The notes under the pieces were generated by a model. That model did no database searches, was not told the origin of the DNA, and saw only the letters and a list, made by a program, of their open reading frames with translations. The translations under genes were made by a program, and so were the position numbers. From NCBI GenBank assembly GCA_035542715.1, contig DATKKW010000024.1:43062-107061 (forward strand): 64,000 nt of DNA, written 5' to 3'. The first letter of the stretch is position 1, and every line of letters starts with the position of its first letter. The DNA is from Myxococcota bacterium. Its GTDB lineage: Bacteria; Myxococcota_A; UBA9160. Below, one piece after another: positions 41,344-49,922 of this stretch.

Positions 41344-41814
41344 TCACTCCGTGGAGACGGGCCGGTCCGCGCCGGCGCCGTCCGCGAGGGCGGCCCGCAG
41401 CGCGTGCCACACCAGCGTCGCGCACTTCACGCGCGCCGGGTACTCCCGCACGCCCGCGAACACCGCGAGCTTGCCGAGGGCCTCGAGCTCGTCGTCGCTC
41501 GGCTCGGCGCCGATCTCCCCCGTCACGACGTCGTGGAAGCGTCGGAAGAGCGTCTCGACCTCGGCGAGCGTCTTCCCCTTCACGCTCTCCGTCATCATCG
41601 AGGCCGACGCCGTGGAGATCGCGCAGCCCGAGCCCTGGAACGAGACGTCCCGGATCACGCCGTCCTTCACCTCGATCCACACCGACACCTTGTCGCCGCA
41701 GAGCGGATTGAAGCCGTCCGCGTGGTGCGTCGCCGGGGCGAGGGTGCGGAAGTTCCTCGGCTTCTTGTTGTGGTCGAGGATCGTGCTCTGGTAGAGCTCG
41801 CGGAGGTCCGACAT
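41344..41814 (-). CDS. sufU: SUF system NifU-family scaffold SufU
   Basis: 156 aa. The three conserved Cys lie in contexts NPLCGD, GSGCAISTAS and VKCATL. Confidence 0.85.
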   Translation of the reverse strand: MSDLRELYQSTILDHNKKPRNFRTLAPATHHADGFNPLCGDKVSVWIEVKDGVIRDVSFQGSGCAISTASASMMTESVKGKTLAEVETLFRRFHDVVTGEIGAEPSDDELEALGKLAVFAGVREYPARVKCATLVWHALRAALADGAGADRPVSTE

Positions 41815-41816
41815 CG

Positions 41817-43064
41817 CTAGGCGAAGAGCTCCCGCACCTTGTGGACGGCCTTCACGAGGGCGTCCACGTCGTCGCGCGTGTTGTAGGCCGCGAAGGAGGC
41901 CCGCGCCGTCGCGGGCACGCCGAAGCGATCCATCACCGGCTGGGCGCAGTGGTGGCCGGTGCGGATCGCGACGCCCTCCTGATCGAGCACGGTGCCGATG
42001 TCGTGCGGATGGACGCCGTCCATCACGAACGAGAGCACGGCGGCCTTCTCGCGTGCCGTGCCGACGAGCCGCACTCCCGGAACGCCGCGCAGGGCCTCGG
42101 TCGCGTAGCCGAGGAGATCGTGCTCGTGGGCGGAGATCCGCTCGAGCCCGACCGCGGAGACCCAGTCGATCGCAGCGCCGAGCCCGACGGCGCCGGCGAT
42201 GTCGGGCGTCCCGGCCTCGAACTTGTGGGGCACGACGTTGTAGAGCGTCTGCTCGAAGGTCACGCTCGCGATCATCTCGCCTCCGCCCTGCCAGGGCGGC
42301 ATCGCGTCGAGGAGCTCGCCGCGGCCCCAGAGCGCGCCGATCCCCGTCGGGCCGTAGAGCTTGTGCCCTGAGAAGGCGTAGAAGTCGCAGCCCAGGGAGC
42401 GCACGTCGACCGGCGTGTGCGCCACGGCCTGGGCGCCGTCGACGAGCACCGGCACGCCCCGCTCCCGCGCGAGCGCGCAGATCTCTCGCGCCGGCAGCAC
42501 CGTGCCGAGGGCGTTCGAGACCTGGAGCACCGATACGAGCTTCGTGCGCGGGCCGAGGAGCGAGGCGAAGGCATCCATGCGCAGCGCGCCGTCGTCGTCG
42601 ATGGGGGCCACGCGAAGGCGAGCGCCCTTCTCCGCGCAGAGCATCTGCCACGGCACGATGTTGGAGTGGTGCTCCATGGCCGTGATCAGGACCTCGTCGC
42701 CCGCTCCCACGTGCGTCCGCCCGAAGCTCCACGCCACGAGGTTGATCGCCTCGGTCGTGCCGCGCGTGAACACGATCTCGCGGGCGGACGCCGCGCCGAG
42801 GAAGCGCGCCACCTTCTCGCGCGCGCCCTCGAAGGCCGCCGTCGCCCGCTGCGAGAGCAGGTGCACGCCGCGGTGCACGTTGGCGTTGTCGCGCTCGTAG
42901 TACGCGACGGTCGCGTCGATCACCGCACGCGGCTTCTGCGTCGTCGCGCCGTTGTCGAGGTAGACGAGGGGCCGGCCGCGAACCGTCTGGTGCAGGATCG
43001 GGAACTCCTCGCGCAGCCGAGCGGCGTCGAGGGCATCCGGGGCTCTTCGCGACGGCGCGCTCAT
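41817..43064 (-). CDS. sufS: cysteine desulfurase SufS
   Basis: 415 aa. It carries the PLP-Lys motif FSGHKLYGPTGIG, the active-site loop RTGHHCAQP and the N-terminus FPIL...VYLDNGATTQKP. Its start overlaps the sufD stop (ATGA). Confidence 0.95.
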   Translation of the reverse strand: MSAPSRRAPDALDAARLREEFPILHQTVRGRPLVYLDNGATTQKPRAVIDATVAYYERDNANVHRGVHLLSQRATAAFEGAREKVARFLGAASAREIVFTRGTTEAINLVAWSFGRTHVGAGDEVLITAMEHHSNIVPWQMLCAEKGARLRVAPIDDDGALRMDAFASLLGPRTKLVSVLQVSNALGTVLPAREICALARERGVPVLVDGAQAVAHTPVDVRSLGCDFYAFSGHKLYGPTGIGALWGRGELLDAMPPWQGGGEMIASVTFEQTLYNVVPHKFEAGTPDIAGAVGLGAAIDWVSAVGLERISAHEHDLLGYATEALRGVPGVRLVGTAREKAAVLSFVMDGVHPHDIGTVLDQEGVAIRTGHHCAQPVMDRFGVPATARASFAAYNTRDDVDALVKAVHKVRELFA

Positions 43065-44392
43065 TGCGGCGCCTCGGCGCTCGGCTCGAGACGGAGCCGC
43101 GCGAGCAGGAGCGCCTCGACCTCGCTCCGCACCGGCTCCTCGCGGATCGCCTGCGTGACCTCCGACGCGAAGGCGCGCAGCAGGAGCCGGCGCGCCTCGA
43201 CCTCGTCGATGCCCCGCGCCCGCAGGTAGAACAGGGCGTCCTCCTCGAGCTGGCCGATCGTCGAGCCGTGGCTGCACTTCACGTCGTCGGCGGAGATCTC
43301 GAGCTGCGGCTTCGAGTCGGCCTCGGCGTCGCGCGAGAGCAGCAGATTCTTGTTGGTCTGCCGCGAGTCGGTCTTCTGCGCCTCCTTCCGCACGATCACG
43401 CGACCGCGGAACACGCCCCGCGACCGGCCGTCGAGGATGCCCTTGTAGAGCTCGCGGCTCGTTCCGTGGGGGCGCAGATGGTCGATCGTGGTGTGGTTGT
43501 CGACGAGCTGGCGGTCGCCCGCGACGTAGAGCCCGTCGAGGGTGCAGTCGGCGCCGGGCCCGTCGAGGCGCGCCTCGAGGTCGCTGCGCGTGAGCGCGCC
43601 GCCGAGGGAGAGCGTGACGGAGAGAAACCGCGCGTCGCGCCCGAGCGTCGCCTGCACGGCGGAGACGTGGTAGCCCCCCGGCGCCTCGCGCTGCAGCTTC
43701 ACGTAGTCGAGCCGCGCGCCCGCCTCGAGCTCGATCTCGGTCACCGCGTTGGTGAAGAACGTCCCCTCGCCGAGGGAGACGTGGTCTTCGATCACCGTCG
43801 CCTCGCTGTCGCGCCCGGCGACGACGAGCGCGCGCGGGTGGGAGACCGTCTCGCGGCCGTCGGGATAGGCGAGGTGGACGACGTGCACCGGCGCCGCGAG
43901 CCTCGCGCCGGGGGCGATCTCGAGGAACGCGCCGTCGCGCAGGAAGGCCGTGTTGAGCGCGACGAAGGCCGCGCCCTCCACCGGCGCGCGTCGCGCGAGG
44001 AGCGGCTCGAGGCGGTCGGGTCGCTCGGCGAGCTCCGACGCGAGACTCCGCACCGCGACCTCGTTCGCCGGCGCGGGCCGCGCCGAGAGCGCGGGCGCGA
44101 AGCGGCCGTTCACGAACACGTAGAGGCTGCACGCGTAGACCGGGAGGGAGGCCGCCTCGACGTGCTCGCGCCGAAGTCCCGGCGGAGCGCCGGGCGCGAG
44201 CTCGAACGCCGTGCGGGCGAGGGGGGCCACGCTCGTGTAGCGCCACTCCTCCATCCGCGTCGTCGGGAAGCCCTGGGCCGAGAATGCGCTCATGGCGTCC
44301 TTGCGGCGCGCGGCGAGCCAGGCGGGATCGCTCGCGGCGAGCTCCGCCGCGAACGTCTCGAAGCGCGCGCCGTAGTGCTCGCGCGGGTCCAC
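43061..44392 (-). CDS. sufD: Fe-S cluster assembly protein SufD
   Basis: 443 aa. It has the beta-helix core and a C-terminal SHG..IG.L.E..LFYL..RGI motif. GTG start shares 1 nt with the sufC stop. Confidence 0.9.
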   Translation of the reverse strand: MDPREHYGARFETFAAELAASDPAWLAARRKDAMSAFSAQGFPTTRMEEWRYTSVAPLARTAFELAPGAPPGLRREHVEAASLPVYACSLYVFVNGRFAPALSARPAPANEVAVRSLASELAERPDRLEPLLARRAPVEGAAFVALNTAFLRDGAFLEIAPGARLAAPVHVVHLAYPDGRETVSHPRALVVAGRDSEATVIEDHVSLGEGTFFTNAVTEIELEAGARLDYVKLQREAPGGYHVSAVQATLGRDARFLSVTLSLGGALTRSDLEARLDGPGADCTLDGLYVAGDRQLVDNHTTIDHLRPHGTSRELYKGILDGRSRGVFRGRVIVRKEAQKTDSRQTNKNLLLSRDAEADSKPQLEISADDVKCSHGSTIGQLEEDALFYLRARGIDEVEARRLLLRAFASEVTQAIREEPVRSEVEALLLARLRLEPSAEAPQ

Positions 44393-45177
44393 TAGGCGCT
44401 CCGACCAGGCGAGGGCGCGGAGGGCGGCGCGCCCGTCTCCCGCTCGATCCAGCCGTAGCCCTTCTTCTCGAGCTCGAGCGCGAGCTCCTTGCCGCCGGAG
44501 CGCACGATCCGGCCGCCGGCGAGGACGTGCACGAAGTCCGGCACGATGTAGTCGAGCAGCCGCTGGTAGTGGGTGATCACGATCATCGAGCGCTCGCGGC
44601 TGCGCAGCGCGTTCACGCCCTTCGAGACCACCTTCAGCGCATCGATGTCGAGACCGGAGTCGGTCTCGTCGAGGATGGCGAGGCGCGGCTCGAGCACGAG
44701 CATCTGCAGCACCTCGTTGCGCTTCTTCTCGCCGCCGGAGAAGCCTTCGTTGATCGAGCGATTCATCATCTTCTCGTCCATCTCGACGAGCTTCATCTTC
44801 GCGCGCACGAACTTCAGGAAGTCCATGGCGTCGAGCTCTTCCTCGCCCCGGTGCTTGCGCGAGGCGTTCAGCGCCGCCTTGAGGAAGTAGGTGTTCGAGA
44901 CGCCCGGGATTTCGACGGGGTACTGGAACGCGAGGAAGATGCCCTCGCGCGCCCTCTCCTCCGGCGCCAGCTCGAGCAGGTCCTTGCCCTCGAAGCGGAC
45001 CTCTCCGCCGATCACCTCGACCGAGGGGCGGCCGGCGAGCACGCCGGCGAGCGTGCTCTTGCCCGAGCCGTTCGGGCCCATGATCGCGTGGACCTCGCCG
45101 GCGCGGACCGCGAGGTCGATGCCGCGCAGGATCTCGTTCCCGCCGGCGCGGGCGTGCAGGTTCTTGATCTCGAGCAT
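44392..45177 (-). CDS. sufC: Fe-S cluster assembly ATPase SufC
   Basis: Walker A GPNGSGKST, the signature FSGGEKKR and Walker B LAILDETDSGLD are present. ATG at 45177. Confidence 0.95.
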   Translation of the reverse strand: MLEIKNLHARAGGNEILRGIDLAVRAGEVHAIMGPNGSGKSTLAGVLAGRPSVEVIGGEVRFEGKDLLELAPEERAREGIFLAFQYPVEIPGVSNTYFLKAALNASRKHRGEEELDAMDFLKFVRAKMKLVEMDEKMMNRSINEGFSGGEKKRNEVLQMLVLEPRLAILDETDSGLDIDALKVVSKGVNALRSRERSMIVITHYQRLLDYIVPDFVHVLAGGRIVRSGGKELALELEKKGYGWIERETGAPPSAPSPGRSA

Positions 45178-45182
45178 GGTCT

Positions 45183-46625
45183 CTATCCGACGCTCCCCTC
45201 GAGAGAGATTCCGAGCAGCTTCTGGGCCTCGACGGCGAACTCCATCGGGAGCTCGCGCAGGACCTGCTTGCAGAAGCCGTTCACGATCATCGAGACGGCG
45301 TCCTCGGCCGAGAGGCCGCGCGCCTGGCAGTAGAAGAGCTGGTCCTCGCCGATCTTCGAGGTGGTGGCCTCGTGCTCCACCGTCGCCGTCGGGTTCTTCA
45401 CCTCGAGGTACGGGAAGGTGTGCGCCGCACACTTCTCGCCGAGCAGGAGCGAGTCGCACTGAGAGTAGTTCCGCGCGCCGTCGGCGCCGGGCAGGACCTT
45501 CACGAGGCCCCGGTAGGTGTTGACGCCCCGCCCCGCCGAGATCCCCTTCGAGATGATCGTGCTGCGCGTACGCTTTCCGATGTGGATCATCTTCGTGCCG
45601 GTGTCGGCCTGCTGGCGGTTCGCGGTCAGCGCCACGGAGTAGAACTCGCCGACGGAGTCGTCTCCCTGCAGGATGCAGCTCGGGTACTTCCAGGTGATGG
45701 CCGAGCCGGTCTCGACCTGGGTCCACGAGATCTTCGAGCGCGCGCCCAGGCACTTCCCGCGCTTCGTCACGAAGTTGTAGATCCCGCCGCGGCCCTCGGC
45801 GTCGCCGGGATACCAGTTCTGGACGGTCGAGTACTTGATCTCGGCGTCGTCGAGCGCGACGAGCTCGACCACCGCCGCGTGGAGCTGGTTCTCGTCGCGC
45901 TTGGGAGCGGTGCAGCCCTCGAGGTAGGACACGTACGCGCCGGCGTCGGCGACGATCAGCGTGCGCTCGAACTGGCCCGTGTTCTCGGCGTTGATCCGGA
46001 AGTAGGTCGAGAGCTCCATCGGGCAGCGCACGCCCTTCGGCACGTAGACGAACGAGCCGTCGGTGAACACCGCGCTGTTGAGGCACGCGTGCTTGTTGTC
46101 GCCGTAGGGCACGACCGAGCCCAGGTACTCGCGCACGAGCTCGGGGTAGCGCTGCACCGCCTCCGAGAACGGGCAGAACAGGATGCCGTGCTTCTCGAGC
46201 TCCTTCTTGAAGGTGGTCGCCACGGAGACGCTGTCGAAGACCGCGTCGACCGCGACGCCGGCGAGGCGCTTCTGCTCGAGCAGCGGGATGCCGAGCTTCT
46301 CGTAGGTGCGCAGCAGCTCGGGATCGACCTCGTCGAGGCTCTGGGGCGCGACCTTCTGCTTCGGGGCCGAGTAGTAGACGATCTTCTGGTAGTCGATCGG
46401 CGGATGCGTCACCTGGGCCCACTCGGGCTCCGGCATCTCGAGCCAGCGCCGGTAGGACTTGAGCCGGAACTCGAGCAGCCACTCGGGCTCCTGCTTCTTC
46501 GCCGAGATGAAGCGGATGATCTCCTCGGAGAGGCCAGGCGGCGCCTGGTCCGCCTCGATGTTCGTGACGAAGCCCCACTCGTACTCGCGCTGGGTGAGCT
46601 CTTCGAGGGTCTCGGCCGAGCTCAT
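45183..46625 (-). CDS. sufB: Fe-S cluster assembly scaffold SufB
   Basis: 480 aa. The sequence is highly SufB-like throughout ([22 protein letters not shown]...RG). Its start overlaps the regulator stop by 4 nt. Confidence 0.95.
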   Translation of the reverse strand: MSSAETLEELTQREYEWGFVTNIEADQAPPGLSEEIIRFISAKKQEPEWLLEFRLKSYRRWLEMPEPEWAQVTHPPIDYQKIVYYSAPKQKVAPQSLDEVDPELLRTYEKLGIPLLEQKRLAGVAVDAVFDSVSVATTFKKELEKHGILFCPFSEAVQRYPELVREYLGSVVPYGDNKHACLNSAVFTDGSFVYVPKGVRCPMELSTYFRINAENTGQFERTLIVADAGAYVSYLEGCTAPKRDENQLHAAVVELVALDDAEIKYSTVQNWYPGDAEGRGGIYNFVTKRGKCLGARSKISWTQVETGSAITWKYPSCILQGDDSVGEFYSVALTANRQQADTGTKMIHIGKRTRSTIISKGISAGRGVNTYRGLVKVLPGADGARNYSQCDSLLLGEKCAAHTFPYLEVKNPTATVEHEATTSKIGEDQLFYCQARGLSAEDAVSMIVNGFCKQVLRELPMEFAVEAQKLLGISLEGSVG

Positions 46626-47107
46626 CGGGCTCTCTCCGGCGCGCAGGGCGCTGCTTCGGGAGCGGGGAAGGGCAAGGTCGCGAGGGCGTCGACGCGCGGC
46701 GTGGCCGTCTCGATCAGCTCGGCCAGCGTCACCCTCGCGAGCGCCCCCTGGATCACCTCGTTGATGCGTTGCCACGGTGCACGCACCCGGCAATCGCGCT
46801 CCTGGACGCAGAGGCCGGGGTGGGCGCCGCACTCGGTCAGGGCGATCGGGCCTTCGAGGATCGCGATCACGTGGGCGACCGAGAGCGTCGCGGGGTCGCG
46901 CGCCAGGCTGTAGCCGCCCTTCGCGCCACGGTGGGAGGCGAGGAGCCCCTCCCGGGCGAGCGCCTTCAGGAGCTTGCTCACGACGGGAAGCGGGAGGCGG
47001 GTGTCGGCCGCGAGCTCGCGGGCGGTGTGCGGCACGCTCGCGTCGCGCACGGCCAGCTGCGCGAGCAGCACGATCCCGTAGTCGGTCAGCTTGCTCATCC
47101 GGATCAT
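46622..47107 (-). CDS. Rrf2 family regulator (SUF-system regulator type)
   Basis: It has the N-terminal w[15 protein letters not shown]...A..T.LP...VSKLLK.L and a three-Cys cluster ([14 protein letters not shown]). It is the first gene of the suf operon. Confidence 0.85.
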   Translation of the reverse strand: MIRMSKLTDYGIVLLAQLAVRDASVPHTARELAADTRLPLPVVSKLLKALAREGLLASHRGAKGGYSLARDPATLSVAHVIAILEGPIALTECGAHPGLCVQERDCRVRAPWQRINEVIQGALARVTLAELIETATPRVDALATLPFPAPEAAPCAPERAR

Positions 47108-47197
47108 GGCTTGGGCTCCGGTGAGACCGGGTCGAGGCCCGGTCGCGCGCCGCAGGTCGGATCGACCGCGGCGGTACGGGGCCGTGGCCTCGTCTGC

Positions 47198-47247
47198 ACT
47201 TTAGGGGACCGAGCCGGTCCTGTAAAACGAGGACCCACCAAGTCCTC
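47198..47247 (-). promoter_or_regulatory. candidate sigma-70 promoter with embedded palindromic operators for the suf operon
   Basis: The minus strand reads GAGGAC-TTGGTGG-GTCCTC GT TTTACA-[GGACCGGCTCGGTCCCC, 17 nt]-TAAAGT. The -35 and -10 are 5/6 and 4/6 matches to consensus. A perfect 6-3-6 palindrome fills the spacer and a 6-7-6 palindrome lies just upstream. Confidence 0.5.
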
Positions 47248-47390
47248 ATCGCCTCTGGACGTCACGGCGCCGCGCGTCTCGGCGCGAAGCTCTGCGTCCC
47301 CGTTCGCATAGTGGACTCGAGAGGGCACGGGCGCGGCCGCGTGGCAGACTGGGGCCGGAGAGCGTGTGGCGCGGGAGGCACGGCGATCTG

Positions 47391-47834
47391 ATGGGCTCCC
47401 GAGGGCGCGCGGTCCTCCCCTTCCTCCTCCTCATCGCCCTCCCGCTCGTCGCCGGCGCGGACCCCGCCGAGTTCGGGCGGGATCGAGAGGGCGCCCTCCG
47501 ACCCGGCTGCTCCTACGTCGCCGACGCTCCGCCCCTCACGGCCCGGATCGACTTCGTGGGCGGGATCCAGTTCGCGGAGGGGGACGGCGGGATCCGGCCG
47601 AAGGATCCGGCGGCTGCCGTGAGGTCGCTCCGGGTGAGCGAGCTGCGCCTGGGGGGCGACGACAGGATCTTCGACTTCGTCGGCGCGAGCGAGGAGCCCG
47701 ACGGCTTCCTGCTGCGCTGGAGGAGCGCCGCAGTGCCGCCCGAGACGGTCGCGGTCTACACGCGCTGGGCCTCGCTCAAGGACGCAAGCCTGCGCCCGAA
47801 GAACGTCGTCTGCCGCGAGGGCGGGGGCGGCTGA
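47391..47834 (+). CDS. secreted hypothetical protein
   Basis: ATG at 47391 gives MGSRGRAVLPFLLLIALPLVAGA, a signal peptide. It has two Cys and no recognisable family. Confidence 0.55.
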   Translation: MGSRGRAVLPFLLLIALPLVAGADPAEFGRDREGALRPGCSYVADAPPLTARIDFVGGIQFAEGDGGIRPKDPAAAVRSLRVSELRLGGDDRIFDFVGASEEPDGFLLRWRSAAVPPETVAVYTRWASLKDASLRPKNVVCREGGGG

Positions 47835-47862
47835 CGCGCCGCGGAGCCAGCCGGCTCGACCG

Positions 47863-48168
47863 TCAGATCCCGAGATCGGCCAACGCCTTCGTCAGCCGCT
47901 GGATCGTCTCTCCGAGAACCGGATGCTCGGTCTCGAGGCGCACCACCGCGTCCCGCAGCCGCTCCACGAGCGATTCCTCGTGGCCTGGCTCGAGGGCGCG
48001 GGACTCCGAGCGCACGAGGGCCGCGCGCATCTCGTCGAGGATGCCCGCGAGCTCGTGCCGGAGGCCCGGGTCGAGCCGGTCGGCGTCGCGCAGCTCCGCG
48101 TGGAGGGCCTCGAGGGCCTCGCGCACCCGCTCGCCGCGGGGATCGGGGGAAGGGGGATTCGGGACCAT
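47863..48168 (-). CDS. DUF4404-like small helical protein
   Basis: The C-terminal ...LETEHPVLGETIQRLTKALADLGI matches what I recall of DUF4404. ATG at 48168 follows GAGG. GTG at 48231, 1 nt after the radical SAM stop, is the alternative start. Confidence 0.6.
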   Translation of the reverse strand: MVPNPPSPDPRGERVREALEALHAELRDADRLDPGLRHELAGILDEMRAALVRSESRALEPGHEESLVERLRDAVVRLETEHPVLGETIQRLTKALADLGI

Positions 48169-48232
48169 CGTGGGCGCCTCGTACGGGTTCGGGGGCGGAG
48201 CGGACGACGCGGCGTCGGAGCCGCGGCCCACT

Positions 48233-49777
48233 CTACGCGGCCCCGCGCTCCTCCGCGACCGCGCCCCGCTCGATCTGCGCGATCGCGAAGTCGAGGTGGC
48301 GGCCGAGGGCCACCATGTAGTCGTAGAAGGCCTTGTGCACGATCGCGAAGCTGACCGCGTCCTTGAAGCGCGACGGCTTGCGGACGAGCGTCTCCCCGAG
48401 CAGCGAGAACGTGAACCAGGCGCGACGCGGGCCGCCGCGCACCACGGTCAGCCAGAGGATGCGCGCCAGGAGCGAAAGCTCGCCCGCACGCAGGTGGATC
48501 CCCTGGGCCACCTGCTCGCCCTTGTTCAGGATGAAGTCCAGCGTGCGCCGGCGGTAGTTCGCGAAGTCGTAGAGCTGTCCGATCAGCGTCCGGTAGCCGC
48601 GGTAGAGCTCGAGGCGGCTCATCTGCTTCGGCAGGATGTTCGAGAACACGAACTGGTCGCCGGTGCTCTCGGCCAGGAGCCGTCCCTCGCGCTCCATGCG
48701 CGTGTGGAGCGGCGTCTGCGGCATCGCCTGCAGCATGCCCGTCATCGAGACCGGGATGCGCGCCTCCTGGATGAAGCGGAGCTGCTCCTCGAAGATGGTC
48801 GCGTCGTCGGCGTCGAAGCCGACGATCATCCCCGCCTGGATCTGGATGCCGTAGTCCTGGACCCTGCGCACGCTCTCGACCAGGTCGCCGCGGACGTTCT
48901 GCGTCTTGTGGGTCTCCTGCAGCGACTCCTTGCGCGGGCTCTCGATGCCGATGAAGATCGTCGTGAAGCGGGCCGCCCGCATCAGCTCGAGCAGCTCGAC
49001 GTCCTGGGCCACGTTCAGCGACACCTCGGTGTTGAAGTCGATCGGATGCCCGTGGCGCTCGCTCCAGACGGCGATCTCGCGCAGCAGCTCCTTCGCGAGC
49101 TTCTTGTTGCCGATGAAGTTGTCGTCGACGATGAACACCTGCTTCGCGCCGAGCCGGTGGCACTCCTCGATCTCCCGCATCACCTGCTGCGGGGCCTTGG
49201 CGCGAGGCCGGCGGCCGTACATCACGATGATGTCGCAGAACTCGCAGTTGAACGGACAGCCCCGCGCGAACTGGATCGTGAGCGCGTGATAGCGGTCGAC
49301 CTTCAGCAGGTCGAAGCGCGGCATGGGCGACGCCGTGAGGTCGGGCTTCTCGGCGGGGCGATACTCGGACTTCCAACAGCCGGCCTCGAAGTCGCGCAGG
49401 AACTCGGGCCAGGTCTCCTCGGCCTCGTCCACGAACAGCACGTCGCAGCGGCCCCGCAGCTCGTCGGGACACAGGGATGCGAAAGGCCCGCCCACCACCA
49501 CGAAGCGCCCGCGCCGCCGGAACTCGCCCACGATCTCGAGCATCCGCTGGCGGTGCACGATGTAGCCGGTGACGCCGACCACGTCGGCGTCCACGTCGAA
49601 GTCGATCTGCTCCACGTTCTCGTCGCAGAGCGTCACCTCGTGGTGGCGGGGGGTGAGGCCGGCGACCGTCGGCATCGAGAGATTGGGGAAGATGCAGCGA
49701 CGGCCGAGCGTGTCGAGAATGTGGTCGTAGGTCCAGAAGCTCGGCGGGTTCTTCGGGGTGACGAGATGGATCCGCAT
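48233..49777 (-). CDS. B12-binding-domain radical SAM protein (DUF4070-type C-terminus)
   Basis: ATG at 49777 (MRIHLV). It has an N-terminal Rossmann-like cobalamin-binding region, the radical SAM cluster CPFNCEFC and a ~130-aa helical C-terminal extension. Confidence 0.85.
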   Translation of the reverse strand: MRIHLVTPKNPPSFWTYDHILDTLGRRCIFPNLSMPTVAGLTPRHHEVTLCDENVEQIDFDVDADVVGVTGYIVHRQRMLEIVGEFRRRGRFVVVGGPFASLCPDELRGRCDVLFVDEAEETWPEFLRDFEAGCWKSEYRPAEKPDLTASPMPRFDLLKVDRYHALTIQFARGCPFNCEFCDIIVMYGRRPRAKAPQQVMREIEECHRLGAKQVFIVDDNFIGNKKLAKELLREIAVWSERHGHPIDFNTEVSLNVAQDVELLELMRAARFTTIFIGIESPRKESLQETHKTQNVRGDLVESVRRVQDYGIQIQAGMIVGFDADDATIFEEQLRFIQEARIPVSMTGMLQAMPQTPLHTRMEREGRLLAESTGDQFVFSNILPKQMSRLELYRGYRTLIGQLYDFANYRRRTLDFILNKGEQVAQGIHLRAGELSLLARILWLTVVRGGPRRAWFTFSLLGETLVRKPSRFKDAVSFAIVHKAFYDYMVALGRHLDFAIAQIERGAVAEERGAA

Positions 49778-49884
49778 GCCGGGCACCTCGCGGCTGGAGA
49801 GGACCCCATGCTGCCCCATCGCCGGAGCCGCGGATCGTAGAACTTCCGTGAAAGCCGAAGGACGGCGGTCGCCGCCCGGCCTCG

Positions 49885-49903
49885 GGGGGCGCCGAGCGCC
49901 CCC
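49885..49903 (-). terminator. GC-rich hairpin downstream of the histidine kinase gene
   Basis: GGGGGCGC-CGA-GCGCCCCC, an 8-bp stem, lies 20 nt after the stop at 49923. There is no U-tract, so this is a weak call. Confidence 0.3.
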
Positions 49904-49922
49904 GGACCCGCAGCTCGGCCTC

